A stretch of 63,706 bases of DNA, filler included, from Pelomyxa schiedti (GCA_020536535.1; 6 parts of 6 records of this genome joined end to end with filler, not necessarily neighbours in it), one strand, 5' to 3'. Shown: positions 13,068 through 23,919, counted from the whole stretch's first letter. Program-made: numbers and translations. Notes: generated by a model from the letters alone, not told the origin.

Positions 13068-13544
13068 TTGTGGGTTGTCACCTGGGAAAATGCACCAGAT
13101 ACTTCAACGCTCCTCCACATCTAAAACCAACTTTTCCTGCGGAAAGACAGAGAAAAAGTTGGTTTTGATCACAGAGGAGGGTTGTTGGTTGGGGTAACGA
13201 AAAAGTTCTTGCCAAGGCAATGTGTGTTGTGGTTGGGTGTTGGTGGTTGTCAATGCCTGGCTGCTTTTTGGTATTTGTAAAGCGGAGCTGGGTAGCGGAG
13301 CAGAGCCGGGGAAGTTGGCCCTGAATGAGTGAGTTGCGGGAACAGAAGTATGGTGACAACATACCAACGTGAAAGCCTCAAGGTGCAAAGAAGAAGAAAA
13401 GGGAAGTAGGCCTGTGATATTGTTGACCAGGCTACACAGGCTGGGAGCGCTATGATGGAGTGAGGAAAACACCGGAAACAAACAGAAACACGCTGTAGAG
13501 TTGGGCTCGTTAGTGGCAGACGCTGCTTCTGTTGTGTGCTGTGC

Positions 13545-13688
13545 TAATGTGATGTGAGAATATTGATAACAAAAAAGTAATTTTTTCGTTTCTTTATTTT
13601 ATTTATTATGTTTCTACATTTATTTTTATTATATTATATAATAAATAATAATATACTTTTTTGTTATCAATATTCTCACATCACATTA
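13545..13688. mobile_element. MITE/foldback element with 35-bp perfect inverted arms (33-bp TIR + TA)
   Basis: TAATGTGATGTGAGAATATTGATAACAAAAAAGTA (13545-13579) is the exact reverse complement of 13654-13688; very AT-rich interior. Confidence 0.75.
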
Positions 13689-13901
13689 ATTAATTTAAAA
13701 CAAAAGAGCGATCACAACCACCAACACCACACCAGTCCATCCTCAACGGGTCATCATCACCTGTAACCCTCCGTGCCGACGCACTCGACCTGGCCTTTTT
13801 TTTTTGATGTGATTGGGAATAAACAAAGGCTTCCACAGTAAGGCAATAAGCATGGTGGTTCTCGTTTGGGATGCTTCCCTGTGCTACGGGTGATAACAAT
13901 T

Positions 13902-15455
13902 TCAATCGAACAGTTCGGGGATATCAACACTTGATGACAGAGCGGCTTCGTCATCGTCATGGTCGTCGGTGCATTGTGGTACATCAGAAAGCCAGAACAT
14001 GACACTTTCTCTGGGGGTTGACATATGGGCCTTTGCAATGTCGGCAATGGTCATTTCAGAGAACACCCTCATTGTGTATTGTGCGATCACTGGTGACTGG
14101 CAAACAATACACATCAGCTTCTCCTTGATTGTTGACACTGTGATTTCCGGGAACACTCTCAGCATCATCTGCCATGTTGGAAGGTCAAAAAACCTGGTGG
14201 AAAAGATGTTCAGGTGCATGTCATTGCTCAAAACCTAACAAGTATTGAGGCTGAATGAAATGAAGTTGAATATTACCTCATCCAAAGAGAAGTGGAACAT
14301 GTTGATGAGCCACTCAGCACAGCTTCACCATGGCCAAAGGTTCCTCCCGCGCCTTTGCACAAATGTCCCCAAGGAGATCTTCTGAGAATCCAAAATCTGG
14401 GAATTCCAGTGCTGCCCACTGAAGCACTTCAAGGTTGTAAATTTCCATAAAAAATTCACACTGTCTAGAGTTGTCAGTGTTGTATTTGATGTATTGGCAT
14501 ATCTCTCTGTGATCTCTGGTTTTCCCATCCACTTCTTGAAACATGGTTGAACCATTGACATCACTGCTGTGTGGAAAGGTCTCAAAGCACCACTTTACAA
14601 CAGCCAATTTTCCACTGCGGACTGCCCCAGAGTGGAGCCAAGTATTGTAACTTAATACCAGAGGAGCCACACCAGGACACGTTGTTTTCACCCACTGAGC
14701 CACTTCCAAGTGGCCCCCATAGATAGCCTCAATCAGCGGCTGGACAAACTCCCAAGGCTCTGTGATGCCAAACCTCTCACACATCCACTGAGCCACCTCC
14801 AAGTGGCCGTTCCCACACGCACCCTTCAGTATCTCCGAGAATCTCACGTGGTCCCCAATGCCTTCGACTCCTCCTCCTAAGTCCCCACGCCCTCCCCCTC
14901 CCTCCCACTCCGCCAGCAGCCTCCGAGCCATGCCCAGGTGCCCACCCCTGCACAGCCCCGCCAGTGCACTCACAACATCCCTCTCCCTCTCTTTACCCCC
15001 GTCTTTGGCAGCATCGACATCATCATAATCATCATCAGTGCTGGTGGAGCTGCGGCGGGGGTGGTGGGCGTGGTGGCGGCGGTGGCGGAGCATCCAGCGC
15101 AGGCACGAGGGGGCGCCTGCCTCGGCCGCGGCCTCGAGGGCGTCGCGGGACCGGCGGGGGGAGCGCCCCAGGAGCAACCGGCAGGCGCGGGGCACGAGGG
15201 GGAACAGGGCCTCCCCGGCGCGGCACAGCGCCGTCGCCGCGCACGACCACGACGACCACCAGTGGGCGCGCGAGGAGGGCGAGTCCAATTTCGGGCGATA
15301 GAGGACGGTGGGGGGCGGCGGGGGGTGAGGGGGGAACACGACGAGCCACGGGATCACCAACTCCCACACGATCTGCGAGACACCCACAATGCGCTCGTGG
15401 TAGTTCTGCTCCCTTGTCGTACTATCGTCGTCCGTTGTAGTTACGTTACGTTTCA
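13902..15455 (-). pseudogene. Ankyrin-like repeat gene with an internal deletion/frameshift near 14314-14325
   Basis: ACGNGHLEVAQWM and YGGHLEVAQWV repeats. The frame stops at ...MVKLC* while homology (CAEWLINMF, then ORF 13902-14231) continues in another frame. Confidence 0.65.
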
Positions 15456-15583
15456 TTTTTTCGTGTTCTGTGTCAACGGGGGGATTCAAGGAAAGGCTGA
15501 TTTGATTACTCAAATACACACGAGGTGATTGATGTGTTTGACTACTGTTTAAAGCCTGAACCGAGTTCCTGTTTTATCTACAA

Positions 15584-15665
15584 GCGTCGGTGGCGGAGTT
15601 GGTCTAACGCGGTGCACTCAAGATGCATTTCCTTTGGAGCCTGGGTTCGAATCCCAGCCGGCGCA
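15584..15665 (+). tRNA. tRNA-Leu(CAA), intronless
   Basis: Acceptor GCGTCGG/CCGGCGC-A; anticodon arm GTGCA CT CAA GA TGCAT; T arm GGGTTCGAATCCC; followed by a T-run (Pol III terminator). Confidence 0.95.
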
Positions 15666-15793
15666 GTCTTTTTTACAACAAAGACCAGCCAGATTTTGCA
15701 CACAAAATGTTCGGCAAACTGGCAGCGAAGACAGCTGAAAAAAGGTTAGTTGCCCCACGTAAAAGACCAACAGGAGGTTGGCTCTTCGTGAAA

Positions 15794-15875
15794 GCAGGTA
15801 TGGCCGAGAGGTCTAAGGCGGCTGATTTAAGCTCAGCTATCGGAAGATGCGTGGGTTCGAACCCCACTGCCTGCA
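15794..15875 (+). tRNA. tRNA-Leu(TAA)
   Basis: Identical to 12986-13067 except the variable loop (GGAA vs GTGA). Confidence 0.96.
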
Positions 15876-15912
15876 TTTCTTTGTTTTACTTTCTCCCTAC
15901 TTTTTCCCGTTC

Positions 15913-17733
15913 TCAGTAGAATTGGAGCGGTGTCGGCATAGACAGCAGTGTCGACAAGTGATTCAAGCTGGTGAAGGTTGTGCCGTCATCGAGGTGACCC
16001 CCTGTGCGTGTGGCACCCGCGGCCTCCAGTAGTGCACACAGCTCTGGGTTGGCTTCTGATAGTGTAAGGGGTGTGATGTACACCTCCATGCTTTGGGGTG
16101 CAAGTGGGTCGACATCCTGCTGTTGTGGGGTGCTGCATGTTAGTAGTGCTGGCTCGTCTAGGTCAACCACTGTGAATTTGCAGTTGGAGAGCAGTAGTGC
16201 TAGTTTCTTTGGCTTGTGGATGGTGAATTCCGTGACAGAGAGCTGGGTTGTTGGTGTTAATATTTCAGAGGCTATAGGCAGAAGGAATTCATTCTCGTCT
16301 ACAGCTCCATCATCAACCCACACAAGAATGTGAGCTAATGATCGAGGATTCAAAGACTGCCTCCAGCTTGGGAAGGTCTTGAGGAAGAACAGTATAACTG
16401 GCCCACATGTAAAGTGCGATTTCCTTTCAAAGAACGTATTCAGTTCCTGTGCATAGTCAAAACACCTGAACTTCTCAGAGAGTACAAGGGCCTCAATGGC
16501 AGCAATCCAAGACTTACACTTCTTACTTTGTGAAAGCAAGGCGCCTGTTATAATACTGGACACGTCCTCATCGGTAAGACCAGCGAGGTGCATTGGGGTT
16601 AGTAAATACTGTACAATCGTTTCTCTCGGAACAGCTGTTTCATGTACCCTATCAAGTACACGTAGAATATCAAGCACCTGATATCGAGCTGCACAGGTTC
16701 CACAACACTTATAAAATTCGAGAGTGGAGCAAGCAGATAACACCTTTACAATAATTACTGTGATCTCTAAATTTGTGAACGGTATTCCGCTGCACATTCC
16801 TGACACTGTTGCCTCCAATACGTTTTGGTCAAAAGTAGCTCGTATTGTGAACACAGAAGCTAGGCTTGGGTCAGCAATCAGAGCCCGATGTACAACGTTA
16901 GGAAGGTTCAGCCTCATCCCTGCCTGCATGGTCTTCACGTTCACTATCTCCTTTGGTAATTCGACTGGCAGGTACTTCTCCAAGTCCACCAGCCCCTTTG
17001 TGAACTCCAGGCCTAGCTGCGGTGATGATACTAACAAATCCCATACCCTAGCAATGTTCCACCCAGTCCCGTGCACCAGTCCAGCTTTCCACAGTGAGTC
17101 AGCCATTCCGTGCCATATATCCTTGAACACGGACTCATCCAGACCCCTCAGCACCGGTCCAGCTTCCTCGTGACCCAGCACCCAGTTTAGAACCTCAGCC
17201 TCGTGGCACTGCACAGCCACCGGAACCACTGCCCTCAGTACATCCACAGGTGGATTCCCACAGGTCAGTATCTTCATAACCAATTCTCTGGTATTCCTGC
17301 TGTTCCCAATACCAGTTCTCAGAACCCCACATACACACTCCACATCACCAGCCACGATAACCGCGTGCCTAGGAGTTCCCACAATTGCGGTCTGCACCTT
17401 CCGCCACTCGGCGCATTCCCTCAGGAAAGCGGCGGTGTGCGTCGGGAGTGCCGGTTCGGAGCCGAGGAGGCGGTTCGCGGAAGCCGAGAGCAGGGCGCAG
17501 AGGAACCCGCGGGCGTGCGGGACGAGCCCCGCGGCGAGGGACGCGGCGCAGCGCGCGAGGGAGTCGGGCGACGCCCAGGCGAGCTCGGGGCGGCAGCGGC
17601 GGGCGAACGACGCGAGGACCGACGGCGACGCGGAGACGCGGCGGCACGAGAGCCGCAGGGAGCACAGCGCCGCCGCTGGCAACGATTCCGCCACGACCGC
17701 AAGGCAAACGTCCGGCAGTTCGCTGAGCAACAT
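15913..17733 (-). CDS. Intronless 606-aa protein with an N-terminal F-box-like motif
   Basis: LSELPDVCLAVVAESLPAAALCSLRLSCRRV; single long ORF. Confidence 0.7.
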   Translation of the reverse strand: MLLSELPDVCLAVVAESLPAAALCSLRLSCRRVSASPSVLASFARRCRPELAWASPDSLARCAASLAAGLVPHARGFLCALLSASANRLLGSEPALPTHTAAFLRECAEWRKVQTAIVGTPRHAVIVAGDVECVCGVLRTGIGNSRNTRELVMKILTCGNPPVDVLRAVVPVAVQCHEAEVLNWVLGHEEAGPVLRGLDESVFKDIWHGMADSLWKAGLVHGTGWNIARVWDLLVSSPQLGLEFTKGLVDLEKYLPVELPKEIVNVKTMQAGMRLNLPNVVHRALIADPSLASVFTIRATFDQNVLEATVSGMCSGIPFTNLEITVIIVKVLSACSTLEFYKCCGTCAARYQVLDILRVLDRVHETAVPRETIVQYLLTPMHLAGLTDEDVSSIITGALLSQSKKCKSWIAAIEALVLSEKFRCFDYAQELNTFFERKSHFTCGPVILFFLKTFPSWRQSLNPRSLAHILVWVDDGAVDENEFLLPIASEILTPTTQLSVTEFTIHKPKKLALLLSNCKFTVVDLDEPALLTCSTPQQQDVDPLAPQSMEVYITPLTLSEANPELCALLEAAGATRTGGHLDDGTTFTSLNHLSTLLSMPTPLQFY

Positions 17734-17887
17734 CTGTTCACTGAATCAAGAATTTCTTTTCTTGGTTTTCCTGGGGCTGTAAGCCCATCCTTACTCTCGG
17801 ATTCACTCCCTTCCCGTTGTTCGTTGCCCTGTCCCTATATTTTCTCCCAGAGAGGTCCCGCTTCACCACCAGATTGATTATTTGCTC

Positions 17888-19262
17888 ATGAGTGGTGCCG
17901 ATACACCGACGATTGCCCCCTCAGGCCCACCACCCTCGGGGTCCGACGACACCCACACAGCAGCCAGCAACAACAGGGAATCGTCGGCTCCGCATGACCC
18001 CCCACAAACCACCACAACCACAGCCAACGACTACGACAGCAACAAGCCGCTGCCAGATCCACCACCAATTACATCACCGACAACAACAACCACGACGGCA
18101 GTTGGTGCCGCGAATCCACCCGCCAGTGCTTGTGGCAGTGTCGGCGATAGTAGCTTGTGCAGCAACAACAAAACACCCACCGGGGCGGCGGAGGCAAGGG
18201 GGCTGAGCGAAGGGGGCCAGGCGGCCAGCGGGGAGAGGGCCAGCGAGGGGGGGCAGCACAACCCGGAGCAGGGGGGGAGGCAGCAGCAGGGTGGCGGGGT
18301 CGTCGGTGGTGTTGGCGGTGGTGGTGCCGCCGCCGCCGCCGCTGCTGCTGCTGCGACTGCGAGCGTCTGGGAGCCCCCGCTGCCGCCTGGGTGGGTGATG
18401 TGCACTGACTCAAAGACGAACCTGCCTTACTATTGGCACGAGGATACTGCTTCATTGATTTGGACACACCCTGCTTTGTGGTGTGTGTGTGTTTGTTGTT
18501 GTTGTTGTTGTTGGTGTTGTTTTTGTCTCGGCCTGGCTTCTTCTGTGTATGCCAGTGAGGTGTTTTCGTTTTGGTGTTGATACTGTATTGATGTTGAAAA
18601 TCAACAACCATACACAGTTACACGGAAGCTTCTAGCACCCCTCAACATGTACTTCTTCAATCCGCTTTTTTTGGAAGGCGCCTGCATTAACTGTACTTCA
18701 GATGCACGGAACGCAGCCGTATCAGACAAACCAACAGTATGAGTAAATAATTTGACTCCCTACATAGTAAACCTACAAACGCACAGGAAACAGAATAAAG
18801 GAAGAGGAGGAGGTAATGCTCCCGGAAGAGGCCGTGCGCCAGGAAGAGGCAGAGGGAAGAACGCATTACCGAATGACAGAATAGCACGGGCGAGAGAGCG
18901 AGCCCGCAGAGCAGATCAGGAAGAGGTAAAGCCACTCAATGTTCGAATTGCAGTAGAGTCATCAACTTTCACCAGTTTTTGGATCCCATGGACCCGGCCT
19001 CATACTCTGATGCTCCAATTGGAACCTGGACCAGAGGTTATTCATATTTATATTTCCAACTATTTATAATTATAATTAATTGTTTTGTCCGGCGTTAAAT
19101 ATATGATCAGGCCTTTCCACAAGTGATGACTCGCCAGCTGCTGACACTACCGCTGCAGGTTTTCTCATAATAATGCCGGCCTCACACCAACTAACAACAT
19201 ACAGGCCCACTGTTTCAGCAACGACCTCTACCAAGCCCTGGTGCAATCCTAAGACGCAATAA
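17888..19262 (+). CDS. WW-domain protein with an RG-rich segment, multi-exon (3' end approximate)
   Basis: PLPPGWVMCTDSKTNLPYYWHEDTASLIWTHP; downstream short exons including GRGRAPGRGRG. Confidence 0.7.
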
Positions 19263-19575
19263 TTCGAAGAAATCTTAAGGCTTTGACAGCCTTTAGTCCC
19301 TGTCAACTCCTTATAAACAACTTATATTGGGTAAGAAAAAAGGGGAAACCAAAAAAAAAAAACAAAACCAAGAGTTACTACTACTTGTAAAACCACAATC
19401 CCAACCAATTTGTTACATTTGTTGAATCAGCATCACCAAAGTCCCCTAAGCTATCTCCTACATTCGGTGAAGTCCCGAAAATCAAAAAAGCGAAAGTTGT
19501 TGAGCAACAACGATAATACTACCACCATTTCATTCCACCCACCCACACACACCCACAACGTACACACGCACCCAA

Positions 19576-20848
19576 ATGGCCATGGAGATGTCCACCTACG
19601 ACTCGCACTCTCCCTCCTCATCATCATCGTCACCAACAGCAACACCCACCACCACAACCACCACAACCACAGCGGCTTCTGGCACCGCCTCCTCGCACCA
19701 CGGGGGGGCACCCGGCAGCGCAGGGGGCGGGGGGAGCGTGACCTACCACCGGCAGACGCTGCCGCCCTACACCTCGCCCCCTACTCCCTTTGGCCTCGAC
19801 TGCGGGGGCTGCGTGGAGGTCGCCGGGGACGTGAGCGTGTCCCCGCCCCTGCCCCTGCCCGCGGTTGGCGTGGGCGTGGGCGTGGGCGGCGACGAGGGGG
19901 GGGCGGCGGCAGCGGGGGGCGGCGGGGGCAGGGCGTGGGTTGCTGGGTCGAGCAGCGTGGTGTGGTGCAGGGGGGCGGGGTGGTCTGGGCCGGACTACTG
20001 GAACGCGATAGGGTCGCTGGTGCTGCTGCTGATACCCGGCGTCGTGTTCTTGGCTCGCGTGTGTGTGTCCACTCACCCCACTCACGCGCTCTTTTATGTG
20101 CTCATGTGTGGGCTGTGTTTTGTAGTTGTGGGTGTTATGGTAATAATGAATATTCCGTTTTACGAGTTGGATTTATTGTACTGCTAATGTTTGTTTGTAT
20201 TAATTCCGTCAGTCTACTATTTTGAATTACTTATGCTGTGCTTAGAATCCCGTGGGTTGCAAGAGAAATACACCCAGTTTTGGCAGCTGTTTTTTGTTTT
20301 TCTTATCTTACCAACCTTGCCGCGTTACTTAAAACAACCTTTACTGATCCAGGTAGTATTTTCCAACTCCTTATCTTTGTGCCCAACTACAACCCAAGGG
20401 ATAATCCCTAAATCACCAGGCTGTCTCTCCACAAATATTGATCCCTTTAAAAGACCCCCAACTACAATTAGCAAGAATATTTGTGGCAGGGACTACCTGT
20501 CACTAAAATTTTGTGATACATGTTATGTACGTTGGCTCTCCTGCCGGTAAAATTTTACACCAACCGCCTTTTTTAGATTTATAAACCTCCACGAGCACAC
20601 CACTGTAGTACTTGTGGAAACTGTGTGGAAAATTTTGACCACCATTGCCCTTGGCTGGGTAATTGCATTGGTATTCTGGCTTTCCATCCATATTTTTTTC
20701 GTGATTTGCTTTGCAGGCAAGAGAAACTACAGATTCTTTGTTACTTTTCTGTCTCTCACTGTGTTCAATACCCTGTTTGCTGCAGCACTTTGCTGCACAC
20801 AGCTTTGCATTCTCACACTTGACTGTAAAAATAACCCTGAGTGCCAGT
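19576..20848 (+). CDS. DHHC palmitoyltransferase (Erf2/ZDHHC9-like), 3' truncated
   Basis: Spliced [46 protein letters not shown]; transmembrane segments; TDPG-IIP. Confidence 0.92.
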
Positions 20849-20949
20849 NNNNNNNNNNNNNNNNNNNNNNNNNNNNNNNNNNNNNNNNNNNNTTAATTAA
20901 TTAANNNNNNNNNNNNNNNNNNNNNNNNNNNNNNNNNNNNNNNNNNNNT

Positions 20950-21624
20950 ACATTTTCTTTTGTCATTTATTCAGCATTACACGAAATATACAATAGAATA
21001 GAGGGAAAAACCAACATGAAAGGACAGTTCCAGGACTGAGCCACACTTTCACCCTCTCCTCTTGTTACACATCGGCTTTCTTCCAAGTCACATTTGTTCC
21101 CACACAGTACCATTGGTACTCTGTCCCTGTCCTTGCTCCGAAAAGAAAGTATGTCCTTCCTACACCACAGCACATGGTTGCCGGAGTGTGTTTAGAAAAA
21201 GAAACTACCTGTATCCTGTCAGATAATCAAACGAAGGTCTGTCTGTGATGGAATACACAAACATAAACCCATCATACTGTGCATACCGTATTCTCACATT
21301 TGGGCTGAGGTCCTGTATTTCAGCTGCAAAAAAACCAACAAGTTCAATCAACTGAACAGTAAAACAAAAGGAGCAGCAGATAGAATACTTGTGTCCAGTA
21401 CAACGATTGTGTAGGTGACATCGTCCACCGTCACTGGTTGTTTTCTGTACTCATCCTCAACAGTTGGGTCATTCACAACTGTATTTGGGTTTGTTAATGC
21501 TGTAACGCGTTTTTTTTGGACCTGGTAAATTGCTAAAAACAAATTGCATGCACAGGGTGGTTTTGCCAACTGAACCATCCCCAAGTAGTGCTACTTTTAA
21601 TACTGGTTGATTGTTGGTGGCCGT
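20950..21624 (-). CDS. Atypical Ras-family small GTPase with no ATG of its own; 3' truncated
   Basis: LKVALLGDGSVGKTT, DPTVEDEYRK, GFMFVYSITD, MVLCGNKCDL; G3 reads DTTEI after splicing. Confidence 0.8.
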
Positions 21625-21668
21625 TTTTGAGGGTTTTTAATGTGGGGTGGATTTAATGTGAAATCAGA

Positions 21669-22758
21669 TCAGAGGTGCTTAGCTGGTGTAAAGAATAAGA
21701 TAAAATGAATGTAGTGATGATGGGGGATACATACACTCATAGAAGAGGATGATTTCTGAAACTAGTTGATTGAGCTGTGACCATGGTGGCTCTACTCCTT
21801 TGGCCTTTCCTCCAGTGCCTGTTTCTTTTGCTCTCCATTCTTCCATTGATACTCTGAGCCATTCGTCAACGTGAATGAGGTGATCATCGCTGTTGTGTGC
21901 AAGGACTCCAGCTCTTTTTTGAGCAATCAGTTCTTTGGTTGTCTGAGCAACCTCCGGGCTGATGTGAATGTGACCAAGCAGTTCATCAAGGGCCAGTGGT
22001 GGCAACCCAATGTCCGGGTTATCCATTATCCACCTGCAGTACAGTTGGAATGAAAATAGTAAGAGGAGTGGTGGTAACCTCATGCAAGCAACCGGCCTGA
22101 TTACATAAAGGTATGACTTGCGGACTGGCTCATGCTTCATCAAGCAAGCTTCCACATCATTTTTGGCATTGTTGTGGTAATGCCAACCAACTGCTCTTGG
22201 CACAGCAGTGCTTAATGCAAGCAGCCTAAGTTGGGATACAAAGTCCGGACTTGTAGTACTTGAAGTATTTCGGAAAGTGACTGGTGAGTGAAGCCATTCT
22301 AAGAGAGAAGCATTCGATTTCCCACATAATTCTACCGCTTTCTTTCAAGGTTTATTTGTAGCTAGCTCGATAGTGGGGGAAAAAAAGTACCTGAATGTCC
22401 CAGCCACTGAGCTCAACAGGAACTTTTCCAACTGTAGTAGAAACTTCAATCGTGGTCTTGCGTGGAGTCACGCCCAAGTACCAACGCAGCCGGTGAACGT
22501 CTGTAAAATATCAACAAAAACTAACAATAGAGTGGCACACACATAAGAACCTTACATCATAGTCACTGTCAGGCGATTCAATACCCCAAGCCCTGCTCCC
22601 TTCAGTTGCATTTCCGTTACTCCTTTTGAACCAAACAAGCAGGTGTTTATACCATACAACGCCGCGAAAAATATATCAACATCGTTGGCGCCCTCGATGT
22701 CGGTAAGCAACTTGCTGCCAATTTCGCGCTCAACGCACCCCACGTCGTTACCACTCAT
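21669..22758 (-). CDS. YcgL/RlaP-like Pol-beta-family nucleotidyltransferase, intron-containing
   Basis: Spliced YGSRAWGIESPDSDYD, LSGWDIQKA, KSNASLLEWLHSP, YLYVIRPVACMRWI. Confidence 0.85.
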
Positions 22759-22860
22759 AATCTAATCCGTCAATCAAAACACTGCTTGCTGAAGAATATT
22801 CTATTCCGCGCGGGAATTCCTGGAAGTGTCGGTTGGTTATTGATAAAATTAAGGGCAATC

Positions 22861-23919
22861 ATGAGTGGCGTTGCGCCGGCAGACGATCTTGACGCGTTAC
22901 TCGAGAGTGCCCTGCGCGAATACGAGAGCAACACTTCATCTACCACCTCAACCACTCATGCGCAACCACCACCACCAGCTCCAGATCAGCAGGCTGCACC
23001 ACAATCACAACAAGCAAATGGTCCCACAAGCACAACTACGGTGGTCACGGTTGCTGAGCCACAGCCCACAGCAGGGGTGGTCGACACCACGGCAATGAGC
23101 ACCGGCACTGGTACGTGCGTGCACACGTGTGTGCGTGTGTGCGTGTGTGTGTGTTGGTGGTCCGTGCGTTTTAACCTCGCATTTTGTAGCGGCACTGACG
23201 ATGTTGCGGTCACTGTCGGAGGAGATCAAAAAAATGGTATGTGAAAGCACACCATGCCAATACTGTATTGGAACCATCGTCTTCTTCTTAGGGCCAGAAT
23301 ATTGGTGGCATTCTAACAGAAGGTCTACAAACCGGCGATCAGGAATCTGAGGATTCTGAAGTTCAAGAAGAAGTTCAAGAGGCACTCATTAAGGTTATCA
23401 GTTTCCTCTGTTTTTTTTGGAGTGGTGTTCTGGAATAACGACGGATACAATATATGATACAGAATCCCAACTAATACTAAAGATCCCTTCACTCAGGTTT
23501 TAAAGCCATTAGTGTCAAAGCAACTATTGTATCCGTCAGTGTTACTAATGAAAGAGAAGGTACCTTGTTTTCCTCCTCTCCAAATAAATATTCATCAACC
23601 AGTAGATGCCAAGCTGGATTGAAAAAAATGCACCCAAGCTCAGCCCTGAGAATTTGCAAAAATGCAGGAGGCAGCAGCAGTGCATTAACGAGGCATTTTA
23701 TTTAAATCCATTAAATTCACAATACCAATTTTTCCCCACAAGATATGCACCATTTTTGAGAGCAAGGAGAACCCTGATGATGAAGACACATTATCCATTC
23801 TCCAACTTTTCCAAGAGGTACAACTTTTCCAACTACCACCCGAGTTTGCAGCATCACTCTTGGAACCGTTACCTCAAATACCTTCCACAAAATCCAGTGA
23901 CCCCTGTGCAATTATGTGA
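22861..23919 (+). CDS. PEX19: Peroxin 19, copy 1
   Basis: N-terminal DDLDALLESAL (PEX3-binding), LVSKQLLYPS...MKEKMPSWI, C-terminal CaaX CAIM*. Confidence 0.8.

Noticed and set aside
14938-15528. Long Arg/Gly/Pro-rich antisense ORFs (also near 17.2-17.9, 27.5-28.5, 36.1-36.7, 41.2-42.0 and 54.3-54.8 kb)
   Set aside because: Shadow frames of GC-rich or repetitive real genes.
19283-19310. TTGACAG...CTGTCAA hairpin as a Helitron or IS200/605-type end
   Set aside because: Short stem in a probable 3' UTR; no Rep/helicase, TnpB/Fanzor or IscB ORF nearby.
21669-21682. C-terminal SKHL as PTS1, tempting next to PEX19
   Set aside because: The terminal tripeptide KHL is non-canonical and depends on an unverified splice.
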